The notes under the pieces: generated by a model
The model's input: only the letters and a program-made list of their open reading frames with translations
What the model was told of the DNA's origin: nothing
Databases searched by the model: none
Source: Octopus sinensis
Taxonomy: Eukaryota
NCBI RefSeq assembly: GCF_006345805.1
Contig: NC_043013.1
Coordinates: 15,872,001 to 15,936,000 of the forward strand
DNA length: 64,000 bases
Direction: 5' to 3'
Shown here: positions 39,861 through 53,245 of the stretch, piece after piece
Layout: each line of letters opens with the position of its first letter
Position numbering within the stretch: the first letter of the stretch is position 1
Translations under genes and position numbers: made by a program

Positions 39861-40436
39861 CATCACCTAAAAATGACAAAAAAATTTGAAAATTGTCTCC
39901 AACATCAATGTGAATAATTTGTAATTTTTCGAGAAAATATTTTTAATCATTCTGATTATGGTAATGTCTTTCTCTGTAGAATGGTAATGGTGGTGGTGAT
40001 GGTGGTATTGGTAAGCTTTTACTTCAATTGCTTTGTAGAATAAAACAATAAAGCAAAACGATTCTGTTGCGACAAGACCATTCTCTTATTCTTCACTCTG
40101 TGACATTCTGTAATGATACACTGTAGTCTATACTATTATATATATAGATAAATTCATACATACATACACTTAGAAAAATATATATATATATATTTCTTTA
40201 CTACCCACAAGGGGCTAAACACAGAGGGGACAAACAAGGACAGACAAACGGATTAAGTCAATTACATCGACCCCAGTGCGTAACTGGTACTTAATTTATT
40301 GATCCTCAAAGGATGAAAGGCAAAGCCGACCTCGGCAGAATTTGAACCCAGAATATAACGGCAGACGAAATGCGGCTACGCATTTCGCCCAGCATGCTAA
40401 CCTTTCTGCCAGCTTGTCTATATATACATATATATA

Positions 40437-40469
<33 letters not shown>

Positions 40470-40501
40470 AATATATATACACACACCACACACACACACA
40501 T

Positions 40502-40556
<55 letters not shown>

Positions 40557-43500
40557 CACACAGGCGTGTGCACATGCAGACACACACACACACAAGTTAT
40601 AGGCAATAAGATATCAAATGACAAATGATAATAGGTAGATACAATGAGTGTTCAGATCAAATTCGTGTGTAAACTCCAGCTTTAAGTGCAGGATTATGTT
40701 ACCTGACTGATACATGTTGACTACTTGTTTATACCGTTGTTCTGCTTCTGGCTGCGTGGTAAGAGGTTTGCTTCCCAACCACATAGTTCTGGGTTCAGTC
40801 CCACTGTGCGACACTTTGGGCAAGTGTTTTCTGTTATAGCCTTGGGCTGGCAAAAGCCTCGTGATGGAATCTAAAAGATGCTCATTGTATATATATATAT
40901 TTGTGTGTGCGTGCGTGTGTGTCCATGTGTATGTGTGCATGTGTGCATGTGCATGCATGCATGCATGTGTGTGTGTGTGTGTGTGAGCATGTGAGTCTTT
41001 ACATCTGTGTTTGTCTCCTACAAACACTTGACAACTTGTGTTGGTTTATTTACATCCCCTGTAACCTATCAGTTTGGCAAAAGAGACCAACAAAATAAGT
41101 AACCGGGTTGAAAGAAAATAAGTACTTGGGTTGCTTCATTTGATTAAAATTTCTTCAAGGCAGTGCCCCAGCATGGCCACAGTCTAATGACTGAAACATG
41201 TAAAAGGCAAAAGTATAGATATGAATGGCCAAAAGTGCTAATAAAGAATTATTTGTACATCACTTCAAACAATCTATACACACACACACACACAAGTGTG
41301 TGTGTGTGGAGAAAAGAGGTTTATTTCCATGTGGGAAAGTATATAAGTAAGTTCGTTTTGGGGGTTAGAAATGCACCTGAGTCTTAAAACAAAATGTAGT
41401 TAAATTTTTTTTAACAAATTTATTAAAATACCATACCAGTTTTAACAATTTTATGTTTTTCAAAGGTAAATTTTAAAAGATGATTAGGGAAGATTAAAGG
41501 CAAAAGAGAAAATTCAGAGAAGCATGCTCAAAAACATCAAATGTTCAATGAATTTCATAATCATGTGTTACTGAATGTTCAATAGCAATGAGCTATATTA
41601 TCAATTAAATATGGCAAAAGGTCTTTTTACAATTTCTGCCATAGTGAACAAAGGAGGAATTTTTGTCACTGGTTTTGCTGGTCAGAGCTTGATTTGTTTT
41701 AAACTGAATTTGCTTTGTGTGTGTATATAGGTTTTTAAGATATAGGTTCAAGTTCTGATTGGTGACATCACTTGCTTTTGTCCACCCGTGGTCCAATAGT
41801 TCGGTTAACTGATTGTTTGAATTTGTCAGTTGTTTTTCAAATGTCCTGCTCGCATATTTTGGTTTGGCAGTAGTCCAGTATTCTAGTTGGTTGACTTCCT
41901 GGTGACGTCATTTGTTTGACAAAGGTCTTGGTAACTTATTTTTGTCTGATAATTGTCCAGTGTTCTAGCTGGCTGATTCCATTAAGAAATAACTTGTATT
42001 GTTCGGTTGAATGTTTATTTTTTTTACTTGAGGGTCTGGTTGTGACCATTAAAAAGTCCAATGCTTAAGCCTAGGGTAACATTAGCAACTGGTGTTGAGA
42101 AGGTGCAAGATGTAATTGTACAGTAGTGTGAAGTTAAGGTTTTGAATCCTGAAGGAAGTCAGTAACTTCAACTTTTGATTTATTTCTGTTGTTTTTAGAC
42201 ATTTTTAGTGAATAAATTGAGATTTTGCATTCTAGTATGTTGTTATAGAGTATTCAGTTGTGGTTTGTATTTCTTAATAAATATATTTTCCTTATTTAAA
42301 TGGAATTAGGCTGAAGTGTTTCAGATGCATTGATACAGAGAAAAAGTTAGGTATTTTTGATGCTTGTTCCTGGGGCACAGATCAAGATGTTTATATATAT
42401 ATATATATAAATTGTCTGTGCTGTTAAAGAGTTTCCTTCTCACCCATGTGGCTTTTGGGTTCAATCCTATTACACAGCATCTTAGGAAAGTCTTTTTCAC
42501 TATGTCCTCATGCTGCCCAATGTAAGGGTTTGGTAGAGAGAAACTGTACACACACACATGCACACACGTACACACACGCACACACACACACACACAAACA
42601 TAAACACACACATATTTGATATTTGAAATACATATTTACATTTAAAATATAGGCTTTATTTATTAATTTATTTATTTGTTTCAAAGATTTATTTCATTTT
42701 TTTCAGTAATGGAAGAAACTCAAAGACAAATGGGAAAAGTAAAAACAAACAAACAAAAAATTTATTTACTTAATAACACTTTTTATGAGGTGGGGAGGTG
42801 GTGATAGAGAGTACATAATAATTCCTTAATGACTTTTAATAGAACCAGTTCCGTAAATACAGAAAGAATTATCTAATTAAATTTTTAAAATACAAATTTA
42901 TTTTTATAAGTTTAACTCATTGAAAAGTTATTTTGGCTGAGGTTAATGTTGGTTCTGGTAGTTGTGGTGGTGTTGGTGGTGGTGGTGATGGTAGTAGTAG
43001 TGGTGGGGTGGTGGTAATGATAATGGTGAGAGTGGTGCTGTTGAGGGGGCTATATTATGGTGATGGTGGTGGTGATGTGGTGATAGTTGTAGACGACAAT
43101 TTATTCGCCGAACCCTGTATACACACACACACACACAAGATGGGCTTCTTTCAGTTTTTGTCTATTTAATTCACTTTGGTTGATGTAGGACACTTGCTCA
43201 AGGTGTCACAAAGTGTGTCAGAACATGTGGGTGAGAAGCAAACTTCTGACTGCACAACCGTACCATTCCATGGTGCTTCCTCAGTTTTTTGTTCCTATGG
43301 TCAATCCTCTATGTCTTATCAAAGAAGGAGATAGACTGGTCAATTGTATGTGCTGAATTAGAAGCTATGGTGAACCACTGGCTTTGGTCGAATTAATTGA
43401 AACCATGAAAAGCATTAAGAAATATATCTGAACTTAAAATTGAAATAAAGAGAAAAAAAACAAAAAATAGTTTAATTAAAAGCATAACTTTAAGTAAAAC

Positions 43501-44375
43501 AAATTAATTAAGTGATAACTTAAGCAAAAGTGAATTATTAAAAATTCTTACTTCTCCTAATATAAATTAATTAAAGCAACAACTTAAATTAAAACAAATT
43601 AATTAGAATTACAACTAAAAATATAATGCAACAGACTTGAAATTACTGCCAAAACTTTAAAAGCCAAATATTTGTTTCATCTCAATGCATTTATTGTTTT
43701 TCCAATATGGTAACATTCAAAGACAGACTGCCCCGCTGTAACCTTGTCTCAAACCACCACACTTCCTCACACTTCCACATGGCCTTCCACCTCCATACAG
43801 CGACCTTACACCACCACATGGTCTAACACTGCCATATGGCCTCACACCACCACACAGCCTCACAGCACAACATTGCTGTCCACCACCTCACAACATGCAC
43901 CATTTGCAATGCTGCAACCAACAGTTGTGATTCGAACAACATTCTGTATATTAACTGTATCATTGTATCTGTCATGGGCCCGATGTATCTTATCCTAATC
44001 ATTTTGGTGCCACTGATTCAACAGACATCAAATATTCTAATGTTTTCCTCACTCTCTCTCTCTCTCTCTCTCCCTCTCTTTGTTTATGTGTATGAGAAAG
44101 TGTTCGGGTCAATCGTTTTCAATTAATATATTGTAGTGTCTCTTTCTCCCCACCTCTCTCTCTCCTTCTATATCTCTATGTGTATATTTCTGCATGCATG
44201 AGTGTGTTTGTGTGTGTGTGGGGGGTGTATGCATGTTTTTGCCTCCAGTGCCAAAATGTACTGTTGTCAAAACAGGCTGAGTATCCAGTGAGCCATGTCA
44301 AATTGTCAGCATCTCCACAATCACACCCATCATCTCATTCTGACCCATTAAAATACTTCACTCAAATCTTTAGAA

Positions 44376-44628
44376 CAGTGTTTCTCAACCAATATGGCCC
44401 TTGGGGTCCAGATATGATTTTGTAGTTAAAATTTCTGTGAAATAAATTATTTACACTTCTACAGTACACAAAATATTTTAAGAACTTCTTTTATACAATT
44501 CCTTATAATATTTAATTAAAAAAATGCAGTAGGATTTTTTTTATATATATCAAATGGCTATGGAGGTCCAGCAGAGTAAACTAGGTATCAAAGGGGTTCC
44601 TTAAGTGAAAAATAGTTGAGAACCACTG
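44376..44628 (+). mobile_element. hAT (Charlie-like) MITE
   Basis: TIRs CAGTGTTTCTCAAC / GTTGAGAACCACTG and 8-bp TSD CTTTAGAA/CTTTAAAA. Other copies at about 44660-45280(-), 45594-45849(-) and 53405-54041(+). Confidence 0.85.
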
Positions 44629-46250
44629 CTTTAAAATAACTACTCCATACATCATAATATCCACTGAATCTTTCCTAATAAACGACTTGGAGCTTCATAG
44701 ACATTTCATGTATTAAAAAAAAATCCTGCTGGAGTTTTTTATCCAAATATTATCAGGAACTCTTTTACTTGTTTCAGTCATTTGGCTGTGGCCATGCTGG
44801 AGAACCGCCTTTAGTCGAGCAAATCGACTCCAGGACTAATTTTTTGTAAGCCTAGTACTTATTCTATTGGTCTCTTTTGCCGAACTGCTAAGTCACAGGG
44901 ATGTAAACACACCAGCATCGGTTGTCAAGCGATGTTAGGCGGGGAAGCACAGACACACAAACATATACACACACATATATATATACATATATAGAACGAG
45001 CTTCTTTCAGTTTCTCTCTACCAAATCCACTCACAAGGCTTTGGTTGGCCTGAAGCTATAGTAGAAGACACTTGCCCAAGGTGCCATGCAGTAGGACTGA
45101 ACCCAGAACCATGTGGTTGGTAAGCAAGCTACTTACCACACACCCACTCCTATGCCTGCATAAAAAATTTTAATAATTTTTGTATTGTTGAAGTATAAAC
45201 AATTTATTGCATGTAATTTAAACCACAAAATCAAATATGGACTCTGCAAGGGTCATTTTGACCCTGGTTGCAAATCACTGTTTTAAAGATTTGAGCAAGT
45301 ATTTTGACGAGTTAGAATGGAACAATGGGTGTGCTTGTGTAGATGCTGACAATTTGCAGTTCTTCTTGCAACCAATATCAAATGTCTTGACAACCATTAT
45401 GCAACCCAGACATAATATGCTCACACTAACCCCCTCTGTACAACATTATAACTCTCTCTACTATACTACTGCTTATTCATTTACCACACAACATCCATCT
45501 CTACTACACTATGCACCCTTCACCAGCACGTCATATACACACCATATGCTACCACAAAACACATCAAACTCTAATCAACATGCCACACTACACATTAGGG
45601 GTTCTTAACCATTTTCTCCTATGGATCTATTTGAGGCCTGTTTTACTTTAGTGGATCCTTATAGCCATTCAATGTTCATAAAATTCTATCATATTTCTAT
45701 AATTAAATATTATTAGGAATTGCATAAAAGAAATTGTTAAAATATTTCGTTTACAGTAAAAGTATAACCAATTTATTGCAGATAAAATTTAACAACAAAA
45801 TCTTATATGGACCCTCAAGGGTTATATGGATTCCAGTTGAGAACCACTGTTATGCACCATCATGCTATATACTGCATTATATACTACCACACTAACACTC
45901 AAGACAAAGCTATACATTAACACACTACACACCTTCATTATGCACACTTCACAAACTATACTCTATATTATTATATATGATATATATCAGAAATATTCTT
46001 TTCTGTTCTAGGTACAAGGCCCGAAATTTTGAGGGAGGGGGGCCAGTCTACTAGATCGATCCCAGTACACAACTGGTACTTAATTTATCGACCCCAAAGG
46101 ATCAAAAGCAAAGTCGACCTCAGTGGAATTTGATCTTGGAATGTAAAGACAGACAAAATACCACTAAGCATTTCACTAACATTTCTGCCAGCTTGCTGCC
46201 TTTGTATATTAGAAATACTGATGCTACACATGCAATGTTAAGTCAGCATT

Positions 46251-46297
<47 letters not shown>

Positions 46298-47038
46298 CAC
46301 CAGCTGAATTCAATTCATCCCCAGTCGAAAGACACCTGTTGTTATGTCCTGTTATTATTATATATTGTTTTTTTTTGTATTTATATTCGTGTAACATCGT
46401 CCATTTTTCTGTTCTTGTTTCGTATACATTCGATCCTTTTTCCAAGGAAGCTAATGCGCTTAGCTTAGTTTTTCCTTGGGGCTGGCCAGATTGGAGCAAT
46501 CTCAAGATTAATCAGCCGAAATTGTGAGAATGATCTGGTTCTTGACTGAAGATTAAAGGCTTCAAATGACCCGTCAGTGTTTTTTGTATTGGCTATTTGG
46601 ATGTTTTGCATTTTTGTCCAATTGTATTTTATATATATATATATTTTTTATTATATATATATATATATATATATATGTTTGCAAGACATATATATATATA
46701 TATACTGTATTTTGAAATAATAGCATGAAATTCAATATCAAAAGAATTTTTCACGAAGATATACATGTCTAAAATAGTATTGTATTAAAAATATATATAT
46801 ATAGCATAAGTATGTGTATGCATCCATGAACGTCTGTGAATATGTACGTTTGCTTATTTGGTTGTGTATGTGGGGGACAGAGACAAACAAAACAGAAAGA
46901 GCTTGAGAGAGAAATATATAATATATTATATATATTAGACACACACACACACACACACACATACACACAAATACATATATCTATATGTATATACATATAC
47001 ATACACATACACACATACACACATACACACACACACAA

Positions 47039-47073
<35 letters not shown>

Positions 47074-47129
47074 GATATATAGATAGATATATGAATGCAT
47101 ATATACATATATACACATACATATATATA

Positions 47130-47969
47130 CAGGGTGCAGTGAATATATTGTCATCTAAATTACTCAGAAATGAAAATAAGACTGACATTTCATTTTAACA
47201 ATCATATTTACCAAAAATATATAAAATATCTTTAAATACTAAAGAGTAAATTTATTCAATAAAATCACCAGGTCTCTAGATGACTTCGAATCTCCTGCAA
47301 CTCTCCTGGATGGTCTCCTTGTTTAACTTGGTGAATGCTGTCATAATCCTTGCCTTTGGTTCATCTTTGGTGTTACAAGGAGTTTTTGTTGGTTTCTTGC
47401 TCAACTGCATCCTACACATAATAATCAAGAGGGTTGCAGTCTGGGGAGTTGGGTGGCCAGATGTTAGGGGTGATGTGGTCACAGAAATTGTTTGACAGCC
47501 ATGACTGGGCTCTCCAGCTTGTGATGCATGGTGCAGAGTCCTTTTGCCAGACATAGGATCTGCCAGCAGCCACCCTCTTGACTCAGGGCAGCACTTGATG
47601 TAGGCCTTCATGTTGAGTCTAAGGCTGTGTGGGAAAATGAATGGTGGCCACTCCAAACACCACGATGTTAACTGGATGTTTGATTTTCATCTTTTTCTTG
47701 GTACATGCCCTCAGATTGCACTGTTCTCAGATGATTGACACCCAAATGCTCTGAAATGTTGATATTGTAGCTTCTGGCATGAATGCCAAGCAGTACAGCA
47801 TGTCATTTCCAAATTTCTGGCAGAATGAATTTCATCATAGTGCTGTTTTTCTCACAGACAGTGCCCAACTGACCCCAATATACTGTGTAGTTGGCAAAAT
47901 CAAAAACAAACAATGCACATGCACAAAATTGAAGCTATAAAATGGCGACAATTTACCCATTGCACCCTG
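47130..47969 (-). mobile_element. maT-type (DD37D) Tc1/mariner relic, copy 1
   Basis: TA-flanked TIRs CAGGGTGCA... Translation WQKDSAPC...WPPNSPDCNPLDYYV*, with 37 residues between the catalytic D residues. Confidence 0.85.
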
Positions 47970-48087
47970 TATATACATACATATTCATATCTCTGTGTGT
48001 GGTGTGTTTAACCATCCCCACCCCCCCCCCACCCACACCACCACACAGACACACACACACACAGACACACATACACACCACACACAA

Positions 48088-48122
<35 letters not shown>

Positions 48123-48178
48123 GATATATAGATAGATATATGAATGCATATATACATATATACACATACATATATATA

Positions 48179-49021
48179 CAGGGTGCAGTGAATATATTGT
48201 CATCTAAATTACTCAGAAATGAAAATAAGACTGACATTTCATTTTAACAATCATATTTACCAAAAATATATAAAATATCTTTAAATACTAAAGAGTAAAT
48301 TTATTCAATAAAATCACCAAGGTCTCTAGATGACTTCGAAATCTCCTGCAACTCTCCTGGATGGTCTCCTTGTTTAACTTGGTGAATGCTGTCATAATCC
48401 TTGCCTTTGGTTCATCTTTGGTGTTACAAGGAGTTTTGTTGGTTTCTTGCTCAACTGCATCCTACACATAATAATCAAGAGGGTTGCAGTCTGGGGAGTT
48501 GGGTGGCCAGATGTTAGGGGTGATGTGGTCACAGAAATTGTTTGACAGCCATGACTGGGCTCTCCAGCTTGTGATGCATGGTGCAGAGTCCTTTTGCCAG
48601 ACATAGGATCTGCCAGCAGCCACCCTCTTGACTCAGGGCAGCACTTGATGTAGGCCTTCATGTTGAGTCTAAGGCTGTGTGGGAAAATGAATGGTGGCCA
48701 CTCCAAACACACCACGATGTTAACTGGATGTTTGATTTTCATCTTTTTCTTGGTACATGCCCTCAGATTGCACTGTTCTCAGATGATTGACACCCAAATG
48801 CTCTGAAATGTTGATATTGTAGCTTCTGGCATGAATGCCAAGCAGTACAGCATGTCATTTCCAAATTTCTGGCAGAATGAATTTCATCATAGTGCTGTTT
48901 TTCTCACAGACAGTGCCCAACTGACCCCAATATACTGTGTAGTTGGCAAAATCAAAAACAAACAATGCACATGCACAAAATTGAAGCTATAAAATGGCGA
49001 CAATTTACCCATTGCACCCTG
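48179..49021 (-). mobile_element. maT-type (DD37D) relic, copy 2 (tandem duplicate)
   Basis: Nearly identical to 47130-47969, including flanks; period 1049 bp. Confidence 0.85.
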
Positions 49022-49149
49022 TATATACATACATATTCATATCTCTGTGTGTGGTGTGTTTAACCATCCCCACCCCCCCACCCACACCACCACACAGACA
49101 CACACACACACAGACACACATACACACACATGCATACACACTGACGCAC

Positions 49150-49347
49150 ATACATGCATGCATACACACTGACATACACACATACCAACATGCACACATA
49201 CATACACATATATATTTATATCTATATCTATCTATCTATATATATATATATGCATATAAGTATGTATACATCTATGCACATACACACACACATATATATA
49301 TGTATATTATATATATATATATATATATTATATATCTATATATATAT

Positions 49348-49382
<35 letters not shown>

Positions 49383-49442
49383 TATATATATATATGTATA
49401 TATATGTATATATATGTATATATATGTATATATATATGTATA

Positions 49443-49483
<41 letters not shown>

Positions 49484-49700
49484 AATATATATATTATATA
49501 TATATATATTATATATGTATATATATATGTATATATATAATATGTATATATATATATATGTATTATATAATATATATGTATATATATATATTATATGTAT
49601 ATATATATATATATAGTATATATATATATATATATATATAATATAATATATATATATGTATATATACATATACATGCATATTCATATGTATGTGCGTGTA
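49150..49700. repeat. Long (TA)n-rich microsatellite
   Basis: Direct reading. Confidence 0.95.
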
Positions 49701-50433
49701 ATATGTGTAATCATGCACACACACACGCACACACATGCACACATCCATACATATGCGGGAGAGATGAACAGATAGACATAGAGAGAGAGGCTGTAAATGA
49801 CTATCTTGACAGCCGCTATTTAACACTAGTGGAGCATTTAATCAGTTATCTGATGTTTCAATTTCGGATTTCCTTTTTCCTGTCGATTCTTCATTCCCAG
49901 ACATCAGTAATAGATCGGTGCCATTCCCAGCAACTATTAAATTAAATGGCAAAATGTACAAAAACAAAAGCAAAAACAAAATAAGTAAATAAAAAAAATG
50001 CTTATAAGTTGCCACATATATAAAAAAAAAGGATGCAAAAAACTACGATGCTATTCCAAGATCACTTTTGGTGTTAAACGTGAGATATAACCGTTTTTAG
50101 GTTCCATATAGATATTTCCACACTGATATTATGAAAGGTTTCATGTGGCTATGATATCTAGGATTTATTAGGAAGGTAATCAAATGAATATTAACACAGC
50201 TGTTACATATTTGATTAAATGGTAGTATCGGTTATCATATATCGTATATTAAAAGTAAATATATCTTGTATATCAGGCAAATGTGGATACATCTATATAT
50301 ATAGATATATTGTGAGAGAAAGACACCCTCATCATATATTAATTATAAAAGTGCATGTATGCATATAGACATAGATATACCTAAGCAATACTAAATACAC
50401 ATGCAAGCCCACACACACATATGTATGTATATA

Positions 50434-50482
<49 letters not shown>

Positions 50483-50524
50483 TATATATATAATCTTGAA
50501 GTTTCTAAATTCATATGATGTTAA

Positions 50525-50560
<36 letters not shown>

Positions 50561-51100
50561 TTTGGTTGTTGGGAAAGTTCGTGCCGATTTATAATAGCTT
50601 ACATTTTGACTTATTTTAGAATGTGGTTGAGTCCATAAAATAGGATTTGACTACACCTCCATTTAGAGCACAGTTTAAGCTATCTTTTTGTGGAAGAAGA
50701 TTTATGTTCCTATAACCTATGTTAATTCTGCAACCCTATAAAATGGAAGATAAGAAAGTTCCTTTTTAGCACTTGATGCTTTGGGAACCAGACAAAAATT
50801 GCTGCAGTGTTATCCCACCCTCCATATTCACCAGATATTGCACCTTCAGATTTCAACTTATTCATGTCTCTGCAGAATAAAAGTTCAATTCCTTGGATGA
50901 CATAAAAAGATACCTTGATGAATTCTTTGCTATGAAATCATCTCAATTTGGGGAAGTGGGTATTTTCAAGTTAAAGGAAAGATGGAGACTCATAGTGCAA
51001 CAAAATGGTTCATATTTGGTTGATTAAAAATATAATGGCAAGTATTTATTGACATTTTTCTTTCCTTTAAAAATTGGCATGAACTTTCCAGACAACCCAA
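50561..51100 (+). mobile_element. Internally deleted mariner element
   Basis: TA-flanked TIRs of about 30 bp (TTTGGTTGTTGGGAAAGTTCGTGCCGATTT / AAATTGGCATGAACTTTCCAGACAACCCAA). VLSHPPYSPDIAPSDFNLFMSLQN near 50808-50878. Confidence 0.85.
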
Positions 51101-53028
51101 TATATATATATATATTGATGATGATACATATATATATATCTGCCTCCCTCTTTCTCTGTCATACTCTAACCTTTCCTCATCTGACACTGGATCACCTCCT
51201 CCAATGCTCCCCTCTCCTTTATAGCAAGTCACCTGTTTCTGCTTCTCAGTTGCTTTGTCATCCTCTAACCATTCATCCTCTGACACAAATTCCCCTCCTC
51301 AAATGCCCCTGCCCCTCTCATAATTCCTTGTCTTGTGAGTGACTTGGTTACCCTGCCAGTGCTGGTGCCACATAAAAAGCATCCAGCCCACACTGTAAAG
51401 TGGTTGGCATTTGGAAAGGCATCCAGCTGTAAAAATCTTTTCTACTCTAGGTACAAGGCCTGAAACTTTTGGGGAGGGGGCTAGTCGATTAGATCGACCC
51501 CAGTATGCAACTGGTACTTAATTTACCGACCCCGAAAGGATGAAAGGCAAAGTCGACCTTGGCAGAATTTGAACTCAGAACATAAAGACAGACGTAAATA
51601 CCACTAAGCATTTTGCCTAGTGTGCCAACGTTTCTATGCCAAAACTAATCTCACCTGTGCTTGTTACACATAAAAAAACATTGAGTCCACTTTGCAGAAT
51701 GGTTGGTGTTAAGAAGGGCATCCAGCAGTAAAAACCCTGCCAAAACAGACACAATAGCATAGGGTAGTTTTTCTACCTGGCCAGCTCCTGTGAACTGACC
51801 TACCCATGCATATATGGAAGATGGATCTTAAACAATAATGATGATGATGATATCAAGTTTCCAAACTTCAGGAGAATCAGGTCCTGAAATAGTAAAGCAC
51901 CAAGGTCTGGTCGGTGATAGTGTATCCTAGAGGGTGCAGAAGAGTTGGCACAGAACCACCAGAGACGGTGGGCCCTGGTGGACCTGATCAGCCTCTGGGA
52001 CTACTAACCTGGGATGACCCCAGCCCCACTGAGCAAGAGTATGTATAAATGAGTGAGTAGGTGGGAATAGCTGGAAAATAATGAAGATGATGGGGATGAG
52101 GGGTCATGGTGTCTCCTCAAGTTATAAGAAGGTGAGTAGCAGAGAGAATGGAGACAAAAGATAGGGAACAGTGAAGAAGTAGTTTGAAGGAAAGTGATGA
52201 GAAATAGAGGGTGGAGGAAGAGGTGGTGAGATATAGTATAGAAAAAAACTCAAAGCAATAGAATAACAATAGCCACAACAACAGCAACAACAATAATAAT
52301 ATTAATAATAATAATAGCCTTGCTTGGAATAGTTCATATCCTATGCAAGACACTATCAATTCAATAATACAAGCTAAAGAAAACAACCCAGCATCACAAG
52401 ACACTCTTTACAGCCATTATCCAGTGAAATAAACTTCCACCAGCAATCCAAATAACCAATGCATTACACACTCAACACACAATACAAGCAGTAATACAAC
52501 AAAAGACTGCATCACACCTCAAGAGAAAAAAAACTAACACAATACAATACCAGGAAAAGTTTGCACACTCCCAACAACAGAAAAGAACACACAATGTTAT
52601 ACACACCCCAGCAACACAGATGTGTAGCAGGTGATGCAGTTGAAATTTGCCTTAAACTACCAAATGCTGAACAATTATAGTGTAATAATAAAAAGATAGG
52701 GAGCTGACATGTGGAAGAGGGTGGGTAAAGGAGAAGCATGGTGGGAGAGAGAGTGAGGGACACACTGTGACAGAGATGGAGGTCAGAGAGATGTTGGGGA
52801 AAATGTAGTGGGAGACAAACAGGGGTGGGGATTGGTCGATGGCAGATGGGAAAGGGTGTTAAGAAAGAGGCATGCGTGCCAGTAAGGTGTACAAGAGGGG
52901 AGAGATAACTAGAGATCTGTGGTTAATCAAATTAAGAGGGATAGCAATGTGAATGAAGGATGCAAGTAAAAAGCAAATGGTTCCAGAGAAGGAGTTACAC
53001 AGTAGAGGGCTCACACATCACTATAATT

Positions 53029-53245
53029 ATTTCTTTACTACCCACAAGGGGCTAAACACAGAGGGGACAAACAGATTAAGTCGATAATATCGACTCCAGT
53101 GCGTAACTGGTACTTATTTAATCGACCCCGAAAGGATGAAAGGCAAAGTCGACCTCGGCGGAATTTGAACTCAGACCGTTGCGGCATACGAAATATGGCT
53201 ACGCATTTCGCCCGGCGTGCTAACGTTTCTGCCAGCTCGCCGCCT
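53029..53245 (-). mobile_element. SINE family B (GCCTTTCATCCTTTCGGGGTCGAT central block), young copy
   Basis: Minus strand GGCGGCGAGCTGGCAGAAACGTTAGCACG...GAGTTCAAATTCC. Other copies near 9590-9790, 10355-10545, 21410-21600, 22420-22565, 40195-40415, 45995-46200, 51435-51630, 58590-58720, 62670-62880 and 62965-63180. Confidence 0.85.

Noticed and set aside
39095-39917. 247-aa Val/Gly-rich ORF and mucin-like Thr-rich ORF
   Set aside because: Entirely (ACC)n repeat, with no unique coding context.
50161-50210. Remnant resembling a hammerhead (GGTAAT...ATTA, ACAGCTGTT)
   Set aside because: The core and GAAA are missing or too decayed to support a call.
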